A stretch of 50,479 nucleotides of DNA, from positions 1 to 50,479 of the forward strand of contig CAYMGL010000001.1 in assembly GCA_964389945.1 (NCBI GenBank), read 5' to 3'. Below, piece after piece: positions 34,602-43,020 of the stretch. Origin of the DNA: an uncultured Actinomycetota bacterium (lineage in GTDB: Bacteria; Actinomycetota; Nitriliruptoria; Nitriliruptorales; Nitriliruptoraceae). The notes beneath the pieces were generated by a model. It was not told the DNA's origin, did not search any database, and saw only the letters and a program-made list of their open reading frames with translations. The position numbers and the translations under genes are program-made. The first letter of the stretch is position 1, and each line of letters starts with the position of its first letter.

Positions 34602-36118
34602 TGGCACAGGGACCGCTGACGCTTGGCCGCTGGGTCCGTGACCGGGCCGTCGTGACACCCCGCCGGGTCGCGATCGACTTCCGCGACGAGCACACCACCT
34701 ACGCCGAGCTCGACGACCGGTCGGAGCGGCTCGCGGCCGCACTGCTCGCCGGTGGCGTCCGACGCGGCGACCGCGTCGCGACCCTGACCGCGAACGCCCC
34801 CGAGCACGTCGAGCTGTTCTTCGCCTGCGCCAAGGCCGGGCTGGTGCTGCAGCCCGTCAACCACCGGCTCGCGCCCGCCGAGGTCACCCACCAGCTGGAC
34901 GACGCGGCACCGGCCGTGCTCTTCGTGGCCGCCGAGCACGACGAGCTCGCGGACGCGGCGCTCGACGCCGCCACGGCGGCACCCCGCCGCTACCGGCTGG
35001 ACCGCGCCACGCTCGACGAGATCGCCGAGGGCGCGGGTTCGGCGACGGACGCCCCGGTCGACGACGACGACCCGCTGCTGCTGGTCTACACCTCCGGCAC
35101 CACGGGCCTGCCCAAGGGCGCCCAGCTGACCCACGCCAACTGCTTCTGGACCAACCTCGCCTTCGACCGGACGTCGGACGTGACCACCACCGACGTCGTG
35201 CTCCAGGTCCTGCCGCAGTTCCACGTCGGCGGCTGGAACGTCCAGCCCCTGCTGGCGTGGTGGAAGGGCGCCACCGTCGTCCTCGAGCCGGCCTTCGACC
35301 CGGCCCGCGTGCTCGACCTCGTGCAGCGCAAGGGCGTGACCACGATGATGGGCGTACCGGCGACCTACCTCTTCACCGCCGAGCAGGACGGCTTCGCCGA
35401 GGCCGACCTGTCCAGCCTGCGCGTCGCCGTGGTCGGCGGTGCACCGATGCCGGAGGCACTGCTGCGCACCTGGGGGGACCGCGACGTCGCGCTGGTGCAG
35501 GGCTACGGACTGACCGAGGCCGCGCCGAACGTCCTGTGCCTGCCCCCCGAGGACGCCGAACGCCGCCTCGGCTTCGCGGGCAAGCCCTACCCCCACGTCG
35601 AGGTGCGGCTGGTCGACGAGCACACCGGCGAGGTGGTCGACGGACCGGGCACGGGCGAGCTCGAGGTCCGCGGGCCCAACGTGTTCGCCGGGTACTGGCG
35701 CAACGAGCAGGCGACGGCCGAGGCCTTCCACGACGGCTGGCTGCGCACCGGCGACGTCGCCGAGCGCGACGACGAGGGCTTCTACCGGATCGCCGACCGC
35801 GTCAAGGACATGTACATCTCGGGCGGCGAGAACGTCTACCCCGCCGAGGTGGAGTCGGTCCTGCACGACCACCCGGCCGTGGTCGAGGCAGCCGTCGTCG
35901 GCGTGCCGGACGAGCGCTGGGGCGAGGTGGGCGTGGCCCACGTCGTCACCCGCAGCGACGTCACGGCCGAGGACCTGCTCGGGCTCTGCCGCGAGCGCCT
36001 CGCCAAGTACAAGGTCCCTGCAGCCGTACGGTTCCTGGACGAACTGCCGCGTTCTGCGATGAACAAGGTCCTGAAGACTGCCCTGCGTGACGCGTGGGAC
36101 GAGGAGGTCGCACCATGA
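34598..36118 (+). CDS. AMP-dependent acyl-CoA synthetase/ligase (ANL superfamily)
   Basis: ATGA overlap with livM-like. LVYTSGTTGLPKG, GYGLTE, TGD, YRIADRVKDMYISGGENVYPAEVE, PRSAMNKVLK adenylation motifs. Confidence 0.85.
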   Translation: MMAQGPLTLGRWVRDRAVVTPRRVAIDFRDEHTTYAELDDRSERLAAALLAGGVRRGDRVATLTANAPEHVELFFACAKAGLVLQPVNHRLAPAEVTHQLDDAAPAVLFVAAEHDELADAALDAATAAPRRYRLDRATLDEIAEGAGSATDAPVDDDDPLLLVYTSGTTGLPKGAQLTHANCFWTNLAFDRTSDVTTTDVVLQVLPQFHVGGWNVQPLLAWWKGATVVLEPAFDPARVLDLVQRKGVTTMMGVPATYLFTAEQDGFAEADLSSLRVAVVGGAPMPEALLRTWGDRDVALVQGYGLTEAAPNVLCLPPEDAERRLGFAGKPYPHVEVRLVDEHTGEVVDGPGTGELEVRGPNVFAGYWRNEQATAEAFHDGWLRTGDVAERDDEGFYRIADRVKDMYISGGENVYPAEVESVLHDHPAVVEAAVVGVPDERWGEVGVAHVVTRSDVTAEDLLGLCRERLAKYKVPAAVRFLDELPRSAMNKVLKTALRDAWDEEVAP

Positions 36119-36825
36119 GCGAGGTCCGCAGCGACGAGCTCGACGGCCAGGGCCACCGCTGGCCGACCGAGGAGGCCGGCGAGGCGCTCGGCACGTCCGG
36201 CCGGCCGCTGTCGGCCCGTGGCCTGCGCACCCGCCAGAAGCTGCTCGACGCAGCGGAGGACGTCTTCGCCGAACTCGGGTGGCACGACGCCTCGATCGTC
36301 AAGATCACCGAGGCCGCCGGGGTCTCCCAGGGCACGTTCTACCTCTACTTCGAGTCCAAGCAGGAGCTGTTCGAGGAGCTCGTCCGGGACCTCAACCGCC
36401 GCGTGCGCGCCGCCATGTCGGAAGGAGCCGCCGGGGGGACGACCCGGGCCGAGAAGGAGCGTGGTGGCTTCCGCGGGTTCTTCGCGTTCACGACCGAGCA
36501 CCCGGCCCTGTACCGGGTGATCCGACAGGCCGAGTTCGTCTCCCCCGACCTGCTGCACGAGCACTACGAGCGCATCGCCGACGGGTACGTGCAGGGCCTG
36601 CGCCAGGCGATGGATGCAGACGAGGTCGTCACCGCCGACCCCGAGGTCCTGGCCTACATCCTCATGGCCGTCGGTGAGATGGTCGGCATGCGGTGGCTGC
36701 TGTGGGGCGACCACGACGCGGTCCCCGAGGACGTCTTCGAGGAGATGTTCGCGTTCATCGCGCGCGGCCTCGGCATCGAGCACGACGACGAGCGCCACGC
36801 GAGTGGCGACCAGGAGCAGGCGTGA
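36115..36825 (+). CDS. TetR family transcriptional regulator
   Basis: ATGA overlap with the ligase gene, GAGGAGG upstream. HTH SIVKITEAAGVSQGTFYLYFESKQELF. Confidence 0.8.
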   Translation: MSEVRSDELDGQGHRWPTEEAGEALGTSGRPLSARGLRTRQKLLDAAEDVFAELGWHDASIVKITEAAGVSQGTFYLYFESKQELFEELVRDLNRRVRAAMSEGAAGGTTRAEKERGGFRGFFAFTTEHPALYRVIRQAEFVSPDLLHEHYERIADGYVQGLRQAMDADEVVTADPEVLAYILMAVGEMVGMRWLLWGDHDAVPEDVFEEMFAFIARGLGIEHDDERHASGDQEQA

Positions 36826-37838
36826 CCAGGGTCGGACTGGCAGCGACGGCCTCCTACCTCCCCGAGCGGTGGATGACCGCCGAGGAGATCGGCGCGGCCA
36901 GCGACATCCCGGCGTGGGTGATCGAGGAGAAGTTCGGCCTGCGCGGCAAGCACCTCGCGGCCGACGACGAGCACGTGAGCGACATGGCGGTCGCGGCGGG
37001 CCAGCGGTTGCTCGACGAGCAGGACCTCGACCCGACGTCCATCGGTGCGGTCGTCTACTTCGGGTCGACGTGGAAGGACCGCGCCGTGTGGCAGGCGGCA
37101 CCCCACATCGCGCACCGCCTCGGCGCCACCGACGCCTTCGCGCTCGAGCTGGACTACGTCTCGTGCGGCACCCCGGTCGCCATGCGCGTGTGTCGCGACC
37201 TGCTCGTCGCGGAGCCCGACATCGGCTCCGTCCTGGCGGTCGCCGCCTGTCGCGAGGGCCACCTGCTCGACTACGGCAACGAACGCGCCCGCTTCACCTT
37301 CAACTTCGCCGACGGCGCCGTCGCCGGGCTGCTGGTCGCCGACCACGACCGCAACGAGGTGCTCGGGTCGCGGATGCTGACCGACGGCAGCTTCTCGCAG
37401 GACGTCTACGTCCCGGCCGGTGGCTCGGTCGAGCCGGCGTCCCACGCCACGGTCGACGCCGGTCGCCACACGCTGGACGTCCCCGACCCGCAGGCGATGA
37501 AGGTGCGGCTGGACCCGGTGTCCCTGCCGAACTTCCGCACCGTGGCCGAGGACGCCTGCCGCCGCTCCGGGCTGACCCTGGACGACGTGGACGTGCTGTG
37601 CGCCCTGCACATGAAGGCCTCGATGCACGACGCGCTGCTCGACGCGCTCGACCTCGACCACGACCAGTCGGTCTACCTCGACGACACCGGCCACATGAGT
37701 GGCGTCGACTCGCTGCTGGGTCTGGACCGCGCCGTCCGCGACGGACGCGTCACCGACGGCGACGTGGTGCTGCTGCTGGCTGCCGGCACCGGCTACACGT
37801 GGGCCGCGAACGTGGTCCGGTGGGGCCCCGTCGCCTGA
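36822..37838 (+). CDS. KAS III (FabH)-like thiolase-fold condensing enzyme, divergent active-site motifs
   Basis: GTGA overlap with tetR. N-terminus VGLAATASYLPERWMTAEEI, Cys region DYVSCGTPVAM, HMKAS in place of HQAN, GHMSG in place of GNTSAAS, C-terminal AAGTGYTWAANVVRW. Confidence 0.7.
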   Translation: MTRVGLAATASYLPERWMTAEEIGAASDIPAWVIEEKFGLRGKHLAADDEHVSDMAVAAGQRLLDEQDLDPTSIGAVVYFGSTWKDRAVWQAAPHIAHRLGATDAFALELDYVSCGTPVAMRVCRDLLVAEPDIGSVLAVAACREGHLLDYGNERARFTFNFADGAVAGLLVADHDRNEVLGSRMLTDGSFSQDVYVPAGGSVEPASHATVDAGRHTLDVPDPQAMKVRLDPVSLPNFRTVAEDACRRSGLTLDDVDVLCALHMKASMHDALLDALDLDHDQSVYLDDTGHMSGVDSLLGLDRAVRDGRVTDGDVVLLLAAGTGYTWAANVVRWGPVA

Positions 37839-37841
37839 CCG

Positions 37842-39002
37842 TCACGGCGCCAGCACGCGGGTCGTGACCACGCCGTCGAGCCGGTCCCACCAGCGTCGGT
37901 GGCGGGCGTACAGCGCCGGGTCCCGGTCGCCGACGAACGCGAGCACGTCGGCGGCCTCCGCAGCGAGGCCCGCCCACGCCGCGTCGTCGAGCGTGCGGAG
38001 GGTCGTGACCTCGATGCCGGCGCCGTCCGGTGCGGGACGCCAGACACCCACGACGCGGCCGTCGACCAGCACGCTCGGCAGCGTGTCCCCGTTGCGCCGG
38101 ATCACCTGGGCCCGCACGTCGTCGTCGATGATCCGCGTCCGGTCGGCGTACGCGAACAGCACCGAGTCCCACATCGGCAGCAGCCGCGGCGGCGCCACGA
38201 CGTCCTCCGCCGGGAGCTCGCCCCCCGGCACGTCGAGCAGCTGGACGCCGTCGGGGCCGACGAGCTCGACGAGCTCGTCGGCCATCGCCGCCACCACCGG
38301 GCGGAGCCGCCGCAGCGGCAGCAGCCCGAACTGGCCGATGTCGTGGAGCGTGGCCGGTCCGAATCCGGCGAGGTAACGACGGACCAGCTGTCGCAGCGCC
38401 TCGTCGGCGTGCTGGTGGTCCCCCGGTGGTGGTGGCGGCGTCGGCGCTGCCTCGTAGGTGGCCACCGAGCTGCTGAACGCCCACGTGGCCTCGTCGCTGA
38501 CCGACCGCAGCAGCGGCCCGTACTGCCGCAGTGCCCACCAGACCATCGGGTCGTCGAGGCCACGCGCAGCCAGCCACGCCTCGGCCTCGGCGTTCGTGCG
38601 CGGCTCGGTCGCCCAGTCCAGCAGCGCCGCGAGCGCTGCGTCGGCCTCCTCGATGCTGGTCCCCGTGTCACGGAACCGGCGGTCGTTGAGCCGCGCCGCA
38701 CGCAAGGTCGGCTGCATGGCGGCGTGCAGGGTGGCGTGGTCGTCGGCGTGGACCGCGTGCAGCGTGATGCGCATGAGCGTCGCACGGACGACGCTGCGCG
38801 CCGCCAGCGCCGCGTCCACCGCAGCGGGCGTGACGTCGGCAACGCGTGCCCGCAGCGCGAGGTGGATCGACGCAGGCTCCTGCGCCTGGATCGCCACGAC
38901 GCGCCGCACCGCGTCCTCGACGTCCAGCGGGGCCCGCGCCAGCAGCAACTGGCGCGCCAACGTGGCGCGGTTGCACGCCCGGCGCGTCAGGGCGTCGCTC
39001 AC
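37842..39002 (-). CDS. winged-helix DNA glycosylase, YcaQ/AlkZ (HTH_42) family, AlkZ-like QAQ variant
   Basis: GTG start 39002 (GTGA overlap with the upstream MBL gene). LARQLLLARAPLDVEDAVRRVVAIQAQEP carries the Q-x-Q motif. C-terminal ...RRNGDTLPSVLVDGRVVGVWR... is typical of the family (recalled). Confidence 0.7.
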   Translation of the reverse strand: MSDALTRRACNRATLARQLLLARAPLDVEDAVRRVVAIQAQEPASIHLALRARVADVTPAAVDAALAARSVVRATLMRITLHAVHADDHATLHAAMQPTLRAARLNDRRFRDTGTSIEEADAALAALLDWATEPRTNAEAEAWLAARGLDDPMVWWALRQYGPLLRSVSDEATWAFSSSVATYEAAPTPPPPPGDHQHADEALRQLVRRYLAGFGPATLHDIGQFGLLPLRRLRPVVAAMADELVELVGPDGVQLLDVPGGELPAEDVVAPPRLLPMWDSVLFAYADRTRIIDDDVRAQVIRRNGDTLPSVLVDGRVVGVWRPAPDGAGIEVTTLRTLDDAAWAGLAAEAADVLAFVGDRDPALYARHRRWWDRLDGVVTTRVLAP

Positions 39003-39628
39003 ACCGTCGCCGAGCCGCCCCAGTCGAGCTCGACGACCTCGATGTCGTGCTCGGCCAGCGCGCCGCGGACGATGCCGGCGATGAAGCCTCGCCCCATGCT
39101 GGTGAGGTAGAGGTCGTGGACCGGGACGACCTGCCGGGCACCGACGCGGCGCGCGAACTGCACCGCCTCGGTTGCCGAGCCCCACGGCGTCAGCAGCGGC
39201 AGCGCCAGTGTCGGTGCCGAGGACGTGGGCGCGTAGCTGTCACCGGGGTGGGTCAGCACGTCACCGACGGTCCAACTGCGGTTGGGGACGGTCGTGCCGT
39301 TGGGCAGCGTGCCGTGGTCGACGTCCTCGGCCGTCATGTCGTCGGGGACGTCGGTGGCGACCTCGATGTCGTGGGGCGCGAGCACGTCGGCGACCGACGA
39401 CGGACCGTGGACGGTGACGTCGTCCCCGCGGTCACGCAGCCAGGCGACGAACTCGGGCTTGACGTGGTCCGCGTGCTCGTGGGTGATGCAGACGCGGTGC
39501 ACGTCGCCGATCGACCCGAGGTCGACCGGCTGCTCGTCCCAGCTGAAGAAGCCGGGGTCGAACAGCGTCGTGCCGCTGTCGGTGGTGACCAGCAGGCAGG
39601 AGTGGGCGAGACGGCGGATCGTGGCGAT
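38999..39628 (-). CDS. MBL-fold metallo-hydrolase; conserved N-terminus precedes the first canonical start (probable ATC start or start-codon loss)
   Basis: HxHxDH motif THEHADH. The same frame is open upstream of GTG 39502 back to a TAG at 39659-39661. That stretch encodes ...IATIRRLAHSCLLVTTDSGTTLFDPG..., the canonical first beta-strands of MBL proteins. GAGGA-cgtc-ATC sits at 39637-39626, where ATG would be expected. Confidence 0.55.
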   Translation of the reverse strand: MATIRRLAHSCLLVTTDSGTTLFDPGFFSWDEQPVDLGSIGDVHRVCITHEHADHVKPEFVAWLRDRGDDVTVHGPSSVADVLAPHDIEVATDVPDDMTAEDVDHGTLPNGTTVPNRSWTVGDVLTHPGDSYAPTSSAPTLALPLLTPWGSATEAVQFARRVGARQVVPVHDLYLTSMGRGFIAGIVRGALAEHDIEVVELDWGGSATV

Positions 39629-39648
39629 GACGTCCTCGACGATCGGGT

Positions 39649-40491
39649 GTGGTCGAACCTAGGTCGTGGACGGTTGACTGGCGACGCCCCGGCCCTGGAC
39701 CCCTCATCCGCACCTCCCCCGCCGTCTCGCTGGACGGTGCCACCGTGGTCGAGGGCGGCACGCCGATCCTCGCCGACGTCACCTGGTCGCTACCGGCCGG
39801 GGAGCACGCGGTCGTGCTCGGCCCCAACGGTGCCGGCAAGACCACGCTGCTGCGGTTGCTCTCCGGCTACCGGCTCCCGTCGTCGGGCACCGTCGACATC
39901 CTCGGCCACCGGGTGGGCCGCGTCGACGTGCGGTCGTTGCGCCGCCGGATCGGGATCATGAGCGATGCCCTCGACCGGCTGATCGACCGTCGCGCTCCCA
40001 TCCGCCACCTCGTCGCCGCAGGCATCCACGCCGTCACCGCCCCCACGCGTCGCGAGCTCGACGACGAGGGCCTGGCGCGGGCCGACGCCGCGCTCGACCA
40101 GGTCGGCATGCGCGGCCTCGCCGACCGACCGGGACGCGAGCTGTCGGCCGGCGAGTGGCAGCGCGCCCTGCTCGCCCGTGCGCTCGTCGTCGACCCCGAC
40201 CTGCTCCTCCTCGACGAGCCGTGCGCCGGGCTCGACCTCGCGCAGCGGGAGCACTTCCTCGCCCTGCTCGACGACCTCCTCGCCCGACCCGACGGCCCCT
40301 CGACGGTGCTGGTGACCCACCACCTCGAGGAGGTCCCGCGGGCCGCGACACGTGCGGTGCTGCTGCGCGACGGCCGCGTGGTGGCCGCTGGGACGGTCGA
40401 CGACACGATCACGTCCCGGTGGGTCTCGGCGACGTACGGGCTCGACGTCACCGTGTCCCGGTCGGACGGACGCTGGCGGGCGACGGCCTGA
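39649..40491 (+). CDS. orphan ABC ATPase (YlmA/ModF-like, no adjacent permease)
   Basis: Walker A GPNGAGKTT, signature LSAGEWQRALLAR, Walker B LLLLDEPCAGLD, H-loop VTHH. The only canonical in-frame start is GTG 39649. Confidence 0.8.
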   Translation: MVEPRSWTVDWRRPGPGPLIRTSPAVSLDGATVVEGGTPILADVTWSLPAGEHAVVLGPNGAGKTTLLRLLSGYRLPSSGTVDILGHRVGRVDVRSLRRRIGIMSDALDRLIDRRAPIRHLVAAGIHAVTAPTRRELDDEGLARADAALDQVGMRGLADRPGRELSAGEWQRALLARALVVDPDLLLLDEPCAGLDLAQREHFLALLDDLLARPDGPSTVLVTHHLEEVPRAATRAVLLRDGRVVAAGTVDDTITSRWVSATYGLDVTVSRSDGRWRATA

Positions 40492-40537
40492 CCGGCGGAC
40501 CGCCTACCGTCGGTGTGCCCCCCACCAGGAGCGCACC

Positions 40538-42493
40538 GTGCAGTTCGCCACGTCCGCCGACGAGGTCACGTCGCTGACCGACGAGGCCATCGCCCGCGCC
40601 GAGGAGCTCGTCGCGACCGCCGTGGACACGACGTCGTTGACCTGGGACACGGTCCTGCAGCCCCTCGAGGACGCCGACGACCTGCTCGTCACGGCCTACG
40701 GGCGCGGGGCGTTCCTCGCCAACGTCCACCCGGACCCCGACCTGCGTGATGCGGCTCGCGCCGCCGAACAGCGCATCCAGCAGTGGCAGGTGGGGCTGGA
40801 CTTCCGCGACGACCTGTACGCGGCCGTCACCGCCTACGCCGCCACCGACGAGGCCCGGGCGCTGACCGGCGAGCGGGCGCGACTGCTGGCGTTCGTCCAG
40901 CGCGACCTGCGCCGCGCCGGTCACGAGCTCGACCCCGAGGCACGCGCGGAGATGCAGGAGCGCAGCGAGCGGCTGGTCGAGATCGGGGTCGCCTTCCAGC
41001 GCAACCTCGCCGACCACGAGGACCCGATGACGGTCACGCGCGAGGACCTCGCCGGCCTCCCCGACAGCTACGTGGAGGGCCTGGAGCCGGGCGACGAGGA
41101 CGGCACGTACCTCGTGACGCTGGCCTACCCCGACGCCGTCCCGTTCCTGGAGCGCGCCGAGCGACGCGACCTGCGTCAGGAGCTCGACCGTCGGTTCAAC
41201 ACCCGGGCCGAGGCGCCGAACCGGAAGCTGCTCGCCGAGGCGATCCGACACCGGGCCCGCATCGCCGAGCTGCTCGGGCAGCCGTCCTGGGCCCACCACA
41301 GGCTCGAGGAGCGCATGGCCGGGGAGCCGGCCGCCGTGTGGGAGCTGTACGACGGGCTGGTCCCCGCGCTGACCGCCGCCGGTCGCGAGGAGATCGGCGT
41401 GATGCAGCGCATGCTCGCCGATGACGTCGGGGACGACGACGCGGTCGTCCAGCGGTGGGACTGGCGCTACTACCACACCCGTCTCCAGCGCGAACAGCAC
41501 GGCATCGACAACGACGAGGTGGCCGCGCACTTCCCGCTCGAGCAGGTCCTCGACGGTCTGTTCGACCTGACCGGCGACGTCTTCGGCATCGACCACGAAC
41601 CGCTCGACGCCGACGTCTGGCACGAGGACGTGCGCTCGTTCACGATCCGCGACCGCGCGTCGGGGGACCGCATCGGCACGGTCCACATGGACCTGTTCCC
41701 CCGCGAGGGCACCTACGGCCACGCTGCCGCCTTCACGCTGACGAAGGGTCGTGCCCTCCCGAACGGCGGCTACCAGCAACCGACGTCGTGCATCCGGGCG
41801 AACTTCACCCGTCCCACCGGTGACCGGCCGTCGCTGCTCCAGCACAGCGAGGTCGAGACGCTGTTCCACGAGTACGGGCACATCCTGCACCAGGTCCTGA
41901 CCCGGGCCGAGCTGGTGCGCTTCAGCGGCACCAGCGTCGAGCGCGACTTCGTCGAGGCGCCCTCGCAGATCATGGAGCACTGGTGCTGGGACCCCGAGGT
42001 CCTCGGCACGTTCGCCCGACACCACGAGACCGGCGAGCCGATCCCCGCCGAGCTCGTCGAGGCGCTCGTCGCCGCCCGCAACCTCGACGTGGCGCTGCAG
42101 AAGCTGCGGCAGGTGCACTTCGGGCAGCTGGACCTCGCGCTGCACGGCGAGGAGGCGCCCGACGTCGACCTCGACGAGGTGACCCGCCGCGCGACCGAGG
42201 TCACGCTGATGCCGCACCCCGAGGACACGTTCTTCCCGGCCACGTTCGCCCACATCCTCGGCGGGTACGACGCCGGCTACTACGGCTACCTCTGGGCCGA
42301 GGTGATCGGCGACGACCTCTTCCGGCGGTTCGCCGAGGAGGGGCCGACGAACCCCGAGGTCGGCAGGGACTACCGCCGCGAGATCCTCGAGGTCGGGGGC
42401 AGCCGCGACGCCGGCGACTCCGTCCGTGCCTTCCTCGGTCGCGAGCCGGACAACACCGCCTTCCTCCACAAGCTCGGGATCAGCCCGACCTGA
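40538..42493 (+). CDS. M3 family zinc metallopeptidase (thimet oligopeptidase / dipeptidyl carboxypeptidase-like)
   Basis: AGGAG 6 nt upstream of GTG 40538. Zinc motif FHEYGHILH with downstream E (FVEAPSQIME); 651 aa. Confidence 0.85.
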   Translation: MQFATSADEVTSLTDEAIARAEELVATAVDTTSLTWDTVLQPLEDADDLLVTAYGRGAFLANVHPDPDLRDAARAAEQRIQQWQVGLDFRDDLYAAVTAYAATDEARALTGERARLLAFVQRDLRRAGHELDPEARAEMQERSERLVEIGVAFQRNLADHEDPMTVTREDLAGLPDSYVEGLEPGDEDGTYLVTLAYPDAVPFLERAERRDLRQELDRRFNTRAEAPNRKLLAEAIRHRARIAELLGQPSWAHHRLEERMAGEPAAVWELYDGLVPALTAAGREEIGVMQRMLADDVGDDDAVVQRWDWRYYHTRLQREQHGIDNDEVAAHFPLEQVLDGLFDLTGDVFGIDHEPLDADVWHEDVRSFTIRDRASGDRIGTVHMDLFPREGTYGHAAAFTLTKGRALPNGGYQQPTSCIRANFTRPTGDRPSLLQHSEVETLFHEYGHILHQVLTRAELVRFSGTSVERDFVEAPSQIMEHWCWDPEVLGTFARHHETGEPIPAELVEALVAARNLDVALQKLRQVHFGQLDLALHGEEAPDVDLDEVTRRATEVTLMPHPEDTFFPATFAHILGGYDAGYYGYLWAEVIGDDLFRRFAEEGPTNPEVGRDYRREILEVGGSRDAGDSVRAFLGREPDNTAFLHKLGISPT

Positions 42494-42512
42494 CCAACCG
42501 ACAGGAGCAACC

Positions 42513-42974
42513 ATGCAGGTCGCACGTGCCGACCGCGTCGAGCGCGACGAGCTCGAGGCCTTCGTCGCGCCGCGGCGCAACCTCCTGCTGGTGACCACCC
42601 GCGACGACGGGCGCCCGCAGGTCTCACCGGTGACCGGTGCCCTCGACGACGACGGCCACGTCCTCGTCTCGAGCTACCCGACGCGCGCCAAGACGATCAA
42701 CCTCACCAAGCGGCCCGCGTGCTCGGTCGTGGTGCTGTCCGACGACTTCGGCGGCCCGTGGGTGCAGCTGTACGGCACGGCCACGGTCCACGAGGGCGAG
42801 GCAGGCGTGGAGCGGCTGGTCGACTACTACCGCGCCGCCGCCGGCGACCACCCCGACTGGGACGAGTACCGGCAGGCGATGCGCGACCGCAGCAAGGTCG
42901 CGATCGACGTCGAGATCACCGACTGGGGTCCCATCGCCACCGGTGGTGTCCCACCCGAGTTCGCCGACGACTGA
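42513..42974 (+). CDS. PPOX-class (pyridoxamine 5'-phosphate oxidase fold), probably F420-dependent oxidoreductase
   Basis: AGGAG upstream of ATG 42513. NLLLVTTRDDGRPQVSPV split-barrel motif; 153 aa. Confidence 0.7.
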   Translation: MQVARADRVERDELEAFVAPRRNLLLVTTRDDGRPQVSPVTGALDDDGHVLVSSYPTRAKTINLTKRPACSVVVLSDDFGGPWVQLYGTATVHEGEAGVERLVDYYRAAAGDHPDWDEYRQAMRDRSKVAIDVEITDWGPIATGGVPPEFADD

Positions 42975-43020
42975 TCAGGCGGCCCCGGACGTCGCGTCGA
43001 CGCGCACACCGGGTCCGACG

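Noticed and set aside
42993-43004. 12-nt perfect palindrome CGCGTCGACGCG in the convergent gap after the PPOX gene
   Set aside because: Short GC-rich palindromes of this kind are expected by chance in this composition. It has no loop for a hairpin and no second copy nearby.
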